Shown: piece by piece, positions 1-12,315 of the stretch
How the letters are laid out: each line of letters begins with the position of its first letter
Position numbering within the stretch: the stretch's first letter is position 1
NCBI RefSeq assembly: GCF_009834535.1
Contig: NC_045699.1
Location: 74,772,001-74,836,000 of the forward strand
DNA: 64,000 nt
Reading direction: 5' to 3'
Origin: Camelus ferus
Lineage: Eukaryota
Notes under the pieces: model-generated
Databases searched by the model: none
Told to the model about the DNA's origin: nothing
Seen by the model: only the letters and a program-made list of their open reading frames with translations
Translations under genes and position numbers: made by a program

Positions 1-110
1 TGCCATTGGCGGCACACCAGACCAGCGGCCAGCACGTCAGCTGGGCCCAAGCTCAGGAAGATCTGGTAAACGAGGCTGTCGGGGAGCAGGGGCGTGCCCC
101 CCTCGTCCAT
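1..110 (-). CDS. FBXW5: F-box/WD repeat protein 5, first coding exon (partial; gene continues left of the window)
   Basis: Minus strand from ATG at 110 reads MDEGGTPLLPDSLVYQIFLSLGPADVLAAGLVCRQW, the FBXW5 N-terminus/F-box. Acceptor gtttcag precedes exon start at 133. Confidence 0.95.
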   Translation of the reverse strand, partial: MDEGGTPLLPDSLVYQIFLSLGPADVLAAGLVCRQW

Positions 111-999
111 CGTGACATTCTGCCCAGGCGGTCCTGAAACGCATGCACGGTCCCCTTAGCCACCAGTCAGACCAGAGAGGACACTGGCCTCTAGACCCAC
201 AGAAAGATGCAGGGGCCAGAGGTGAGCTGAGGCCTCCCAGGGGGGCTCCTCCCACCCCACCAACTGCCCTGCTGGGAATTCCACTGGACTGAGCATGTGC
301 GGCGGACCAGCTGGCACTACCCGTCTGGCCAAGGATCCAAGAGCTTCACCAAGGCCCCCTGGACAGCCGTGCTCCTCAGACCCCACACTCCTGAGCACCC
401 CTGCAAGGCCCAGTGATTCCCTGGAATAGGCAGCAGACACCTCTCAGAACTCCCAGACCTCCTCTGGCCTGAGATGGAGCATGCGGCAGAACACTGGGGA
501 CCCCAGACCCACCCTCACCCCAAAAGACCCTTCCCCCAGGGGGACAGGCTCTCTGAGTGAGGCCCTCTGACCTCCCCCAACAGGGTCCTAGGGAGACATC
601 TGGCAGCCAGGGCTGGTGACCGCTCCGAGGTCAAGAAACGAAGGGTCAGTGACCCCCCGCGCACCCTGTCACTCTGACCTTGCTGTCCCAGGCTTCGGAG
701 CTGTCAGCATGGGACAGAGGTCCTTCCGAGAAGAGACTTGGGGCTGGCAGGACGAGGGCCAGCCCGCCCGCCCTAGAAGCCACCAGGGACACCAGCCGGT
801 CCTGGTCGGCCCTGTGGCCTAGGGGATCCCGGCCAGGCAGGCAGGGGGCCAGCGCAGCCACAGCCAGGAGAGCTGGGGGCGGGGCTGGAGCGGGACCGCC
901 CAGCGCCCCCTCCCACCCTCCTTCCGAGGGGCTGCCGGGGGCGGGGCCTCGGCTCAGCTCCCCCTGTCCCGGCGCCGACTGCCTCTGCGACTCATTCAT

Positions 1000-1560
1000 T
1001 AGTCGAGGGCGCGGCTGGGGTCGAAGGCCGAGGGGCTGGGCCGGCCGGGCCGGGGATGGGGCCGGGTGACGACGCTTCCCGGGGCCGGGGTGCCGGGGTC
1101 CGAACACAGCCCGTGACGACGCTCCCCAGGCCAGGCCCACTCACCGCGGCCGCCTCCGCCCCGCTCCGCTGCCCCCGCCCCGGCGCCCGGGCTCGGCCCG
1201 CAGACCCGCTTCCGCCCCCGGTCGCCGCTCCGGCCGCCGCGTCTCTATGATGGAGGCCGCCAGGCCAACGCCACGAGCCCCGGGGCATCGATCGCTGCGG
1301 AGGGCCGAGCCCGGCAGCCCGAGTCAGCTGTTACTGCGCCTGCGCTTCAGGCGCCGCGACCCAGGCGGCGCTTCTTAGTGCGCCTGTGCGTGCTCGGTCT
1401 CATCCGGAACAGCGCCCCTGGCGGCCGGGAGAGGCGGCGGCCGGCGCCCGGGCCCGTGGGCGGGGCTTACGGGCGAGGCTCATGAGCTCGGTTAGGGTTA
1501 GGGTTAGGGTCAGACGCGGCTCAAGACCCGGCTCGGGCAGTTCCCAGTGTTGCGCTCTGA
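1000..1560. promoter_or_regulatory. CpG island: FBXW5 non-coding exon 1 and promoter, head-to-head with C8G
   Basis: Dense CpG; minus-strand donor G|GTGAGT at 1145/1144; NRF1-like TGCGCCTGCGC near 1335; GC boxes. Confidence 0.75.
1490..1513 (+). repeat. Short telomere-like array (GGTTAG)3 GGTCAG
   Basis: Read directly: ggttag ggttag ggttag ggtcag. Confidence 0.9.
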
Positions 1561-1722
1561 GCAAATGGCTTGAAGAACTCGGGTTCTTCGCTATGAGGAT
1601 AAGACCAGTTCCTACCTCAAGGGGCTGTTTGCAGTTGAGGGGAAATAACCGTGCAAAGGGATGAGCTCCAGCCACAGTGGAAGTCAGGTGGGACTTGTGG
1701 AAGCAGAGCCAGAGGACAGCTC

Positions 1723-1916
1723 GGACTTTGTACACAGGACGTGGCGTCAGGGCCCTGCCGGGAGGTGCTGGATCAAGGGTGAGGCTGAGTTCATGAGGAG
1801 GCGGGGTGGGGTGGGGGGGGACCCTGGCCCAGGGCACGGGTTTGGGGAGGGGGAAGGACAGTCATAGACTTCCTGGGCTGGGCTGGTGGGTGGCACCAGA
1901 CAGTGGACTCTGACCT
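1723..1916. promoter_or_regulatory. Putative HNF4/nuclear-receptor sites in the C8G promoter
   Basis: GGACTTTG (CAAAGTCC on -) at 1723-1730 and DR1 TGGACTCTGACCT (AGGTCA-G-AGTCCA on -) at 1904-1916, 60 bp upstream of the ATG; C8G is a liver gene. Motif match only. Confidence 0.45.
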
Positions 1917-1975
1917 GGGACTTGACCATTCTGCCCTGAGCCTCCCCCAATCCTGTCACTGTTGCTGCCGTCGCC

Positions 1976-3305
1976 ATGCTGGCTGCCAGGACTGCAACCC
2001 TCTTGACTCTGCTCCTGGCCACCAGCTCCCTGGGCCAGAGGGCTCAGAGACCCCCTAGGCCCCCCTCCTCCATCAGCACCATTCAGCCCAAGGCCAACTT
2101 CAATGCTCAGCAGGTAGAGTTGGGAGGAGGTGGGGGGTCGGAGCTTTGCAGCCCCCATCCCCACCTGCTCTCATGGCCTGTCCTCCAGTTTGCAGGGACG
2201 TGGCTCCTTGTGGCCGTGGCCTCCTCGTGTCGTTTTCTGCAGGAGCAGGGCCACCGGGCTGAGGCCACCACACTGCACGTGGCTCCTCAGGGTGCAGCCA
2301 TGGCCGTCAGCACCTTCCGAAAGCTGTGAGTCCCGGCACGGACCCTGACCCCACCCAGCCCCCGACTCCCGTCTCAGTCCCTTGCCCCACCCCAGCCCTT
2401 AGCCCTGCCCCCGTTGTGGTCTGGACCAGTGTCCCAAGAGGTCCTGCCCAGTTTGGGGACCCCAAGCCTGCCGTGCCTCCTCCCAACCCCCACCTCTCCC
2501 AGGGATGGGATTTGCTGGCAGGTGCGTCAGCTCTACGGAGACACAGGGCTCCCAGGTCGCTTTCTGCTCCAAGGTGAGGAGGCAAGACCAGCCGGGGATG
2601 AGGGTGCGGGGCTGGGGAAGGGGCTGACGTGGCTGACCCAGCTCCGCCTAGCCCGAGGGGCCCGAGGGGCGGTGGACGTGGTCGTCGGGGAGACGGACTA
2701 CGGGTCCTTCGCCATCCTGTACCTGGAGCGGGCACGGCAGCTGTCGGTGAAGCTGTATGGTACGTCCACGCAGGAACCGGGCCTGCACACACCCAGGGCC
2801 ACCCAGGTGGAGCTGGGCAAGCCCAGCTGGACACACGGCCCCTCCTCCGACTTCCCCTGCCTGAGATGGGGACAGAGAGGGGACCGGGAGGGGCGGGGGT
2901 CACAGCCCCAGGCACACAGCCCAGCGCCCAGAGGGCCCTGCCCCCACCAGCCAGCAGGTGCCAGGAGCCCTGTGTTCCGCAGCCCGCTCGCTCCCCGTAA
3001 GGGATTCAGTCCTGAGCATGTTTGAGCAGCGGGTCCAGGGGGCCAACCTGACCGAGGACCACATCCTGTTCTTCCCCAAGTACGGTGAGTGTCCCGGCCC
3101 CTGGTGGTCTGCCTTGCCCCCTCGTGTCTCGCCTCTGCCACTTCTGACCCCTGCCCCGGCCCCCAGGTTTCTGTGAGGCTGCTGACCAGTTCCACACCCT
3201 GGATGGTGAGTGGGCAGCGCCGGCTGGGTGGCGAGGTGAGGGGCGGGCACCCTGCGGCTCCCTCACTAGCTGAGTCTCATCTCTGCTGCAGAAGTGAGGA
3301 GGTGA
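1976..3305 (+). CDS. C8G: Complement C8 gamma chain (lipocalin), 202 aa
   Basis: Exons 1976-2113, 2189-2325, 2503-2573, 2652-2759, 2983-3084, 3167-3205, 3292-3305; all GT/AG, phases consistent, 609 nt. Signal peptide, FAGTW, GETDY, ends LDEVRR*. Confidence 0.97.
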
Positions 3306-3448
3306 GGCCGGGCAGCAGCCACGCCCCGAGAGAGAGCCAAGATTCTGGAGGTGGGGGCACCCACTGCCCCCCTCTCTGAGCGGGGGACTCTCCCATCTGC
3401 CCCCAAAGCTGCCCCTCACCCCTGCCAGGAGCTCAGGGCGCTGCCTTC

Positions 3449-3454
3449 ATTAAA
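3449..3454 (+). terminator. C8G polyadenylation signal (ATTAAA)
   Basis: ATTAAA about 145 bp after the stop. Confidence 0.7.
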
Positions 3455-6400
3455 CACCATTAGCCTTGGGCCCTGACTTCTTACTGTGCTGGACCCCGCC
3501 AGGGCCGCTGCTCACCCAGTCATCTCCTGGACACGTGGGGCTGCTTCCCCGGTGGCCCAGGAGGGGCAGCGGCTCATTCTCCTGGACAGGAGCCCTCCAG
3601 GGAGGTAGGCAGGGTAGAGCCTAGAGTGTCTGGTGCCCTGCCCTGCTGGGCCCCGGTGTCCCCTCTTCCATCGACCCTGCCCCCCCAACCCTGGTGTCCC
3701 CTCCTCCGTCGGCCCCTCACTATGGCCGCCCCTGCCCTTCTCTGCTCCCTGACTCTGAACACCCCTGCCCTGCTGGCCTCTCTGGGCTGCCCTGAGCTGG
3801 CCCAGACCTGAGTGCACCCCTGTCCAGACACTCTGGCCTTTTCTGGAAGGATGTGTGGCCCCCCACAGAGGTCCTTCTGGCCTCCTACTGACCCCTGAGC
3901 TCCTCCCTCCTGGGAGGCAGGAGCCCTGTGGCCTGAGGCAGGATGGGCCGCTAGGGAGGGGCAGGCGATTTCAAGGGGGCAGGCAGGGAGACCCCCCTCC
4001 CAGTTCCTGGACTCGGTGCCTGGGTCTGGGGCGAGCTGGCAGGAGGGTGGGAGGCTGAGCTGCCCCTCACAGCCGCCCCAGGGGCTGGCGGGGCCAGACA
4101 GCATGGGACTGGCCTGGGAGCAGGACTGACCCCTGCCCCGCGCTGAGTCCATTCCTGGCATTGGGCAGCCGGGTGCCCCTAGGGGAGATCATGAGGGCAG
4201 GCAGGCCACAAAGAGAGGTGGGGGGTCTGTACCCCAACCTGAGGAAGCAGGCCTGCCTATCTCACCTGCCACGATTGGGGTGAGCACAGGGGCTCTGGGT
4301 GCACAGGGGAGGGACCCCTGAACAGACTGAGTGCCCCTCAGGAGCCCACAGCCAGCATCTGTCCTAGGTCATCAGCCAGGAGGGACCACAAGATGATCTC
4401 TGATCTGTAGAGACTTTTCTGGAATGACGGAGCTCCAAGGCCCAGGGAGAGGCAGGCAGGGGCTGGAAATGAGGGAAGGGGTCCTCACCTGCCAAAGGCG
4501 GCCTGGAGGGGTCCCTCCAAGTGACTCCAGACTGTCAAGAGGAGGTGTGGGCTTGGGGACAGGGACACTCCCCCAGGCAGACTGGGTGGCCCTTCCACAC
4601 ACCAAGGTCCCAGCCAATTTGCCTGTCCCTGGCCAAGGGTCCCCCTAGGGTAGAGAAAAGGCCAGAGGGTCAGATCTACCACTGCAAACACCTGAAGGCT
4701 GAGAGTCAGCGGCCCAGGGGCGGGAGCACAGAACAGATCACTCTGGGGGCCAACTGTACCCCTCTCTCCAGAGTCCCCCCAGGGGCTCCCACAGGCAGGG
4801 ACAGCTGCCGGAGACTGTGGGGAGGGAAGTGCTCTGGCATCCTGTCCCCTACTGGTGAGAGCCCGTCCAGACGCACCTCCCCGGGTTGAGCAGCTGAGGG
4901 CGTCCGAGGTCCTCCAATCCCTCGGGAGCCTGCTGGGCCTGTGCCCTGACAGGTCCAAGGACCCCACCACCGTTCCCAGGGGGAGGCTGGCTTTCTCTCC
5001 CCCGCCAGCCTCCCCCGCCCCTGCCCGCCCAGGCCTGAACCGAGAATCAGGCCCACATGGTGGCCGCCAGTTGGCCAACCAGCAGTGTCCCCTGGGGCAC
5101 TGCGGGTGACCGTGCCTGGCACACTGCTTGCAGGAGCACTGTGTGCACACCCCTCCCCACGCCAGCCTCCCTCCAGAGAACTTGGGGGAGGGGGAGGGCA
5201 AATGGCGGCCCCCAGGCTGGGGCCAGAATAGGGCTGGAGGGTCAGGGAGCTGGTAACTGGCTGGGCCAAAGCTCGGTCTGGGAAATGGCCCCAGGCCACC
5301 CCGTCTGGGGACCCTAGCTCAGCGTCCATCTGATGAGTGTTCCTGAAGTGCCCCACTGCACGCCAGGTCCTGGGCATACGGATGGGCAGTTCTCTTCCCT
5401 GGGGGCCTGAAGTCCAGGCCTTGCCACTCTGACCTCTGGTGAGGCTGAGGGGGCACCAGGGCTGGACCCCCACCCCAGCCCCCATTTTGTCCCCTCCAGC
5501 AGCTTCCCCCCTGGGCTAGGGGGAGGACCAGGCCACCCCAGGTGATGATAACAGAGCAGAGGGGACCACTGCCTGGTCCCTGGAGACCAGGGTCAGAGGC
5601 CCCTGGTCCCCCCTGCCTGCCCACCTGCCCTCCTCATCCACTGACCCAGTCCAGACTGGAAGGAGCCCACAGTGAGTAGGGACCGCTCCTGACACCCTAC
5701 TGGGCTGTGCCCACCCAGTGTCCCTCAGCACTGGACTCCCAGAAGGGCAGAGAGGTTGGGCTCTGGGAAGCAGGGAAGGCAGGGACCCCACAGAGCAGAG
5801 CTGGAGGCCACAGGGCACTTGCGTCTCACGGGCCGGGCTGAGAGCTGACGGTGCCCCAGAGAGCCCCCCGCACGCCTGGCCCCGTGCCTCCTGGGCAGAA
5901 ACGAGGCCTCTGTTCTGCGGTGTGGGTGGTTTCAGGCCGCGGGCGAGGCTCGTCAGATCCCCACTCTCGGGGCCTCTGGGGAAGCAGGGTCTGTCCAGCA
6001 GGGCCGAGTGGCCACAGAGCAGCCCCGCCTGCCCTCCCAGGCCTCCCAGTCGGCTCCTTACCCGGGTGGGGGGCGGCGGGTACGGAGTGCTACCATCATG
6101 ATGTGTTTTATTTGCACATAAACGTTTAATGAGCCCTAGATGAGTTTTCAAAAACTAGGTGAAACAGTTGTAGCTCTAGGTGAGTCGTTTTTATGGAAAA
6201 ATGTACTAATTGATTTTTGCCTTTTAATTATAATAGGTGGTTTTTAATACTTTAGAAGAAAACATGCCTTTAAAAATCTATGGAAGGTCCTACTCTGCTG
6301 GGCCCACACCAGGGTGGAAGCACTGGGGCTGGTGGAGCAGGGGAGGGAGCAGGGGGCCGGGGTGGGGAGCCCAGGCCTAGGGCACCTGATGTCCAACATA

Positions 6401-7674
6401 GGGCGTCCCTGGCCTCCACTGCTGCATGCACTTTGTGCCAAGGCCTGTGCTGACCAGGGAAGGCCAGGTCGTCACGGGGCCCTGGCAGGGTGGGGGTACT
6501 TGGGGAGGGGCCGCTGTCCCATGCTGACACTCTGAGCTCCAAACTTCCCCAGAGCACCCTGTGGACAAGGCAGTGTCGGGAAGGCAGCAGCCTCCAGCCA
6601 GGCTGGTGCACCCCAGCCCGGGTGTCCCGGCACAGAGGGCTGGTTTCGGTGGGTCCTTGGAAAGGTTTAGGGTCAGGCGGGGATCGCTGGGGTGGGGTTG
6701 GTGCCTGCAGCGGGGAGGTGGAGGCCAGGCACTCGGAGGTCTGGGAGGGAGCTGCTGCCCCAGCTTCTGCCCGAGACTAAGGGGTCTTTTTGGAAGGTCA
6801 TGGAAAACCACCCAGATGTTTGCAGCTTCTCCCCCAGGGAGTTCAAGGAATGGGGATTGGCTCCCCAGACCCCCACCCAGGCTGGACGAGCCCCCCAAGC
6901 CGCCCCAGGCCCAGGGCGGGGGGAGGTGGCCGAGGACACACTCCCTGGTCAGGTGCAGGCCCTTCCCGCTGTTGTGGGGCCCACGCACACGCCCGGCGGC
7001 CCGAGGGAGGGCAGGCTGTGCTCTTTCCTCCGGGGTGGCTGGGGCGGGCCACATGCCCAGAGCATGCCCCCCTCCTCCCCGACTGCCCTCCAGCCCCTAG
7101 GACCAGCGTGTGGGTGCCCACCCCCTCTAGGCTGGGCTTCCCTGGCCCTTGCCCTCCCCCTGGCATGACTGCGGAACCCCTGACCCAGCTCTTCCCCCAA
7201 CTTGGTTTTGGAGGTGTGCAGAACAGCGTGGGGGCTGGCAGGTCCAGGCTCTGCACTGTGTTCCCATAGCACGAACGCCGCGGCCCTGACCCCTGGGGAC
7301 TGGGATAGGTCGTGCTTCCTGTTGCGCCAGGAGCATCCTGTTCTGCATGCACAGTGGCAGGGGTGCAGCGGGGGTAGGGCTGGGTGGGGGAGGCGCTGCC
7401 AGCCTCAGACCCCCAGGAAGGGGGCCAGTGGGGTGCAGAGCTGGTGGGGGGTCTCAGAAATCAGAGTGCAAGGCTCAGGGACCTCCCTGGGGGCTGCTGG
7501 ACCCCCTCCCCAGGCTGAGACCCAGAGGCCCCCAGCTTTGATGGGCTGGATCTGAGGTGGGCCCCGCCCCTGCCTAGCCCAGTCCCAGGCCCTCTGCGCC
7601 CACCTCTCCTGCCTGCCCTGAGGCAGAGGGTGAAGGGGGCCCGCCTCCGGTGGGGGGTGCCTGCCAGGCAGGCA

Positions 7675-7680
7675 CATAAA
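7675..7680 (+). promoter_or_regulatory. LCN12 TATA-like box (CATAAA)
   Basis: 65 bp upstream of the ATG; a CATAAA is also found upstream of PTGDS and LCNL1. Confidence 0.6.
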
Positions 7681-7739
7681 GAGATGAGTCTGAGCCAGCA
7701 GCACCGGCGGCCACTTCTCTTGCCTCTGTCCTGGCTGGG

Positions 7740-10700
7740 ATGGGGCCCTGGTGTGCCCTGTGGGTGCTGCTGGCCCTGCTGAGAGACCTGAGGGGCCTGA
7801 CCGCGGACCAGGCACTCAGCAGCTCAGTCCTGCAGAGCTTCCAAGCAGCTCAGGTCAGGAGCTGGTCGGGAGGGGGGTGCAGCTGGCCGGGGTCCAAGTG
7901 CAGGGAGAGAGGAGGACCATGCCCGCCAGGGGAGTCCAGCCTAGCCAGTCCTGCTCTCGGCACCCCTACCCTGACCTCCAACAGAAGGGGACCCTAGAGA
8001 GACCTTCCAGGGCCCGCCACTCCCTCTGTAATCCCTGCCAGTCCCTGTGAGGTGGGGACATCTCAGTCCCTCTGCACACATGGGAACCTGAGGCTCAGAG
8101 CAGCCAGCCATGGGCCAGGATCACCACCCCCTGCCAGACCCAAGGCGTCCTGCCCACGGGAGCGGGGTGGGCCCAGCCGGAGCCGTTGCCTGGGGAGGGG
8201 CCCTGGGGGCTCCTGGGCTCCACCACCCCCAGCCTCCTGCAGTTCCAGGGGCTGTGGTTCGTTCTCGGCCTGGCAGGCAGCACCCACAGGACTGTGGACA
8301 GGTCCCTGCTGAGCCCTTTCACAGCAACGTTCGAGCTGCGTGAAGACAGCCGCCTTGAAGTGTCGTACGCCATGATCCGGTGAGTGAGGGCGCTGGGCCT
8401 GTGCCCCTAGAAGCCAATGGCTCTGTGACTCGGGCCCACCCTGGGTCTGGGCCACATTCTCCCCAGGCCTTCCTCCTAATGTGACTTCCAGCATGGGCTG
8501 CTAATGACCCAGTCCAGCTCTGGGGGTGTACACAAACAAGGGCAGGCACTTACTAGATTACAGACTCGGAAGAGCCCGCGGGCTAATGGATTTCAGGTAC
8601 AGCTGGATCCAGGAGCTCAACGCTGTGATCCAGGCCCCATCACCCCCTCTTTCTCCTTCTCTTAGCTTGGCCTGCCCTAGATTTCTGTTCGAGCAGGTTC
8701 TCACCTCACAGGGGTAAGACAGTGGCTGACCCTGCTGTCCTTCTCAGGGTCCCAATTCCAGAAAAGAGGGAACATCCAAGCCGGCCGGCTGGTGGTATCT
8801 GATTGGCTCTTCTTGAGCCGTGTGCTGCTCCAGGACCATCTGGGGTGACAGGCGCTCTGGTGGTCTGGCTGGGATGCCCCGTTGAGGGGAAGTGGGGAGC
8901 CTTGATGGGCAACTCTGGGAGCCCCTGGAGGGCGGTGCAGCCCTCCTGGGGGGAGCTGATGCTGCGAGGGCCCCTCCCCTGGCAGCCCCTCCTGCAGGCT
9001 CCGTGGCCTTGCTTGCTCACTTGCCAGAGACCCCTTTGCTTAGGGCTGTTTGGTTCCAAGTAGCATGAAACCGTAAGCCTAAGCAAGGCGGTCTGTCCGC
9101 CAGGGGCAGCTCCTGAGGCCAAGAATGGGACTCAGTGCAGCCTCTGAGGGACAGCACCCAGCCCCTGCGCTGGCCCGCCGCCGGCCCTCAGAGCCTCGTG
9201 TGGGCTCAGCCGCGGCGGACCCCCGCCTGGGCGTCTCGGAGGCTGATTAGGTGGGGAGAGAGGGACCCGGGGCAGAAGCAGCCTCGGAAGCCTTGTGGGC
9301 AGCCCCAGTGCTCCCCCACCGGCAGGCCAGGCGGCGTGGCCCAGTTGCTTCTCAGGCAAGTGCATTCACCTGGCCCTTCACTGGGGACTGAGGAGAGGGA
9401 GGGAGGGAGGCCAGGCCCAGCTCCGCCCTCTCGCTCCCCCCACCCTGCCCGAAGCCCAGGGCTGCTGGCTGGGGTGCTGGCCCCCAGCTCTCCTTCAGGG
9501 CCCCTTGCCGCCCAGAAGTCTGCTTCTCCTCCGAGCACACTTCAGGTCCTGCTCCAGGCTAGGGAGTGGTCCACAGGGTGGGGGGGCTGGACTGAGGCTG
9601 CACAGGGGAGAGCTCGCCCCCAACTCTTCCAGGAGGGGGCGGTCCAGACACCTGACAGACCAGGGCGGAGACACCCCTCCAGGGAGAGGCAAAGTCCCCA
9701 GCCGGCCAGGCCCTGCTCAGGGCTCAAGACCAGGGGCTCCCCTGGTGAGCCGGCCTGGGCAGCCCCTGTGAAAGGGGACGACGCTGGTGGCCCAGCCAGG
9801 CTCTGGAACCTTCCTCCTCTGCCTCTCCCCCACCCCGACAGGGGCCGTCGCTGTGTGACCTGGTCTTATGTACTGATTTCGGGGACCCAGCCTGGGAAGT
9901 TCTCAGTGGACAACAGCGGAGGTGAGGCGGCGGGCAGAGGGGAGGACAGCCTGGGGGTGCTGGTGGGAGGACCCTGACTCTGTGGCCCTGACGCCCCCAG
10001 TGCCCGGGGGAGACCCAGAGGAGGTCCAGGTGTACGACACCGACTACACCACGTTTGCCCTAGTGCTCTCCAGGAGACAGTCCGGTGACCAGGGGATCCT
10101 CAGGATCTACCTGCTGTGTGAGCCCCTCGCCCTGCAGCCATGGTGGAGAAGGGGGGTGAAGGAGGGGGGCACCTCAGGGCAGGGGCCACCCGCCACTCAC
10201 TACCCACCCTAGTGGCTGAAGGCCACGCCTTGTTCCTTGGGCCCCAGGCAGGATGTGGGCCATACAGACTGAGGTGCTAGACAAATTCGTCTGCCTGGTC
10301 AGAGCGCAGGGCCTCTCGGATAACAACATTGTCTTCCCGGACTTGACAGGTAGCCGGCTCCCGGGGTGCGCTGGGGGCCTGGACTGAAAGTGGGCGTCTG
10401 CCCTTGGGCCCCCGAAGCCCTGCGGTGGCCCTGTGGTGGGGGGGCCACAACCTGCACTCGAGGTCACATGTGGGGTCCCAGCACCCCCAAGTGTTCAGCC
10501 TGAGCCCGAACTAGGCTACATGACTCCTTGGTCTTCCCCCCACCACCCAGGCCCCAACCTAGGCCACCCCCTCCTCACTCCAGGAGCATTTCCCACTGTG
10601 TTTCTTGCCTCTGGCCCTTTGCACGTGCACAAGAACAGGCACATCCACTGACAGGCATGTGCACAAAACACGTACAGATGCACACACAGAGACGTGCAGA

Positions 10701-10980
10701 GCCTACACACAAGCATATGCCACGCACACACGCGTGTGCACAGGGAGAGAGGCACTCCGGCGCACACAGGCTCCCAAGCATGCACACTGCACACCCATGG
10801 TGCCCAGGTCTGCAGTGAGTCTGGGGACCCGAGGTGGTGGTGGGGCGCTTCCTGAGGAGCCCAGGCTGGGGGCAGGACAGCGCCCTGGGGTGCATGTCCC
10901 TCAGCCCCACCCTTCCCCTTCCCCTTCCCCTGACGGGACTGCAGGCTTCCTTCCTCCCTCCCTCCTGCCCCTCCTCCTCT

Positions 10981-11019
<39 letters not shown>

Positions 11020-11126
11020 TCAGTCTCCCTTCTGGCTCCGCCCCCTCTCTCCCTCCAACCCCACCCCTCCGTCCTGAGGCTCTGTCTCTCCCCGCAGACT
11101 GGTCACTCCACCCAGATGCCTGTTGA
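7740..11126 (+). CDS. LCN12: Epididymal-specific lipocalin-12, 192 aa
   Basis: Exons 7740-7853, 8243-8379, 9842-9921, 10001-10117, 10248-10349, 11098-11126; 579 nt, no stops. FQGLWFVLGLAGS, DTDY, AQGLSDNNIVFPD, terminal Cys; syntenic position after C8G. Confidence 0.95.
10565..10870 (+). repeat. LCN12 intron-5 segment duplicated at 23215-23540
   Basis: Same-strand copy, roughly 85% identical by eye; a 30-nt exact match at 10652-10681 = 23309-23338. Confidence 0.92.
10983..11018 (+). repeat. (GT)18 microsatellite in LCN12 intron 5
   Basis: Read directly. Confidence 0.95.
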
Positions 11127-11178
11127 AGGATGAGGTGCTTCCTCCCCCAGCCAGGTGCTGCCTCACTGTCCCGTGTGA

Positions 11179-11184
11179 AATAAA
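11179..11184 (+). terminator. LCN12 polyadenylation signal (AATAAA)
   Basis: 53 bp after the stop. Confidence 0.8.
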
Positions 11185-12315
11185 CACGCCGGGTTGGGAT
11201 CCAGGAGTATGAACAACAGTACTCGTGGGGTGGGCGAGCGGCGCAGGTGGGGACCCTCGGCTCCAGGGGCCAGGACTGCCTCTGGGCACCCACGCCCGTC
11301 CCCAGCCCGCCAGTGCCGGCCTCACACCCGCTGGGGCTGCACATGCGAGCGGGTGTCTCTGCATGTTGTGCGGAGCTGCACCAGGTCGTGCCCAGAGCAA
11401 CCCCTCACCCTCCCCGACCCCCTGCTGGGTGACTCCGCAGACCCTGGGGCCCCGGCACACAGGGAGGACCCCACGCAGGTGCCCCAGCCTGGGGAGGGGG
11501 GAGGGGCTTCCTGCCAGTGGGGATGTGGGGACAAGTGGCCCACGTCTGACCCCCCCCCCCGGCTGTAAGGGCGCTTCAGGAGCAGAGAGCTACAAGCCGG
11601 GACACTGCGTCCAAGCACGCACGGACTGCAGCCTACCTGCCCTCCCCTCCTGAGCCTCCCAGACCCCAGGGAGGAGCAGGGAGCACCCAGAGCCCCCGTG
11701 GAAATGGCCTCACCAGAGGGCAGAGGGCCTCCAGGGAGACCCCTGCTTGGTGCCTGACCTTCACCTCCAGGAATCTACCCTCCAGAGGTGTCCGGGGCAG
11801 GGGCTGTTTAAAACCCCTCAGAAGACAGACCTCCCCGTGTCCCCTTGGCGGTGGAGCCTGGTTCCACAGGCACGTCGCCTGGGCAGGTTGGGCCAGAAAC
11901 CAGGCAGATCCTGGAACGGGAAGCTGGCCCCGCCGGCCCCAACAGAATCACCCCAGCGACAGACCCGAGGGGCGCCAGGCGCGGCCCCTGCCGCCTTCAG
12001 GCCACGAGCTAGCGTGTCCGAGCCCCCAGGGCACAGGCTGCCGAGGCACGGGTTGCGTGGCCGTCGCCCTGTCTCATGCTCCGAGTGGCGCCTGTCACAG
12101 AGGAGGCTGTGGACACCAACCCGTGGATAACTGCAGGGGATGCATGGTAGAATGGACGGGTGGCTGTAGGGGGACGGAAGGGTGGAGGTAGGGGTGAAGG
12201 TGTCTTGACCTAAGGAGCGTGTGGTTAGGGGTCCTTCCTGCCTGCACGAGCCAGGGATTGGCCACTCTGCTGCGGGGGCCGGCAGCTGGGTTGTAGCCCA
12301 GGGGTCTCCAAGGCC

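Noticed and set aside
3722-3860. Signal-peptide-like MAAPALLCSLTL.. as a lipocalin exon 1 after C8G
   Set aside because: Early stop, no donor at the expected place, and no convincing downstream exons.
6830-6870. FKEWGLA after ccccag as a lipocalin exon-2 remnant
   Set aside because: Needs several deletions to align and has no supporting neighbours; likely chance.
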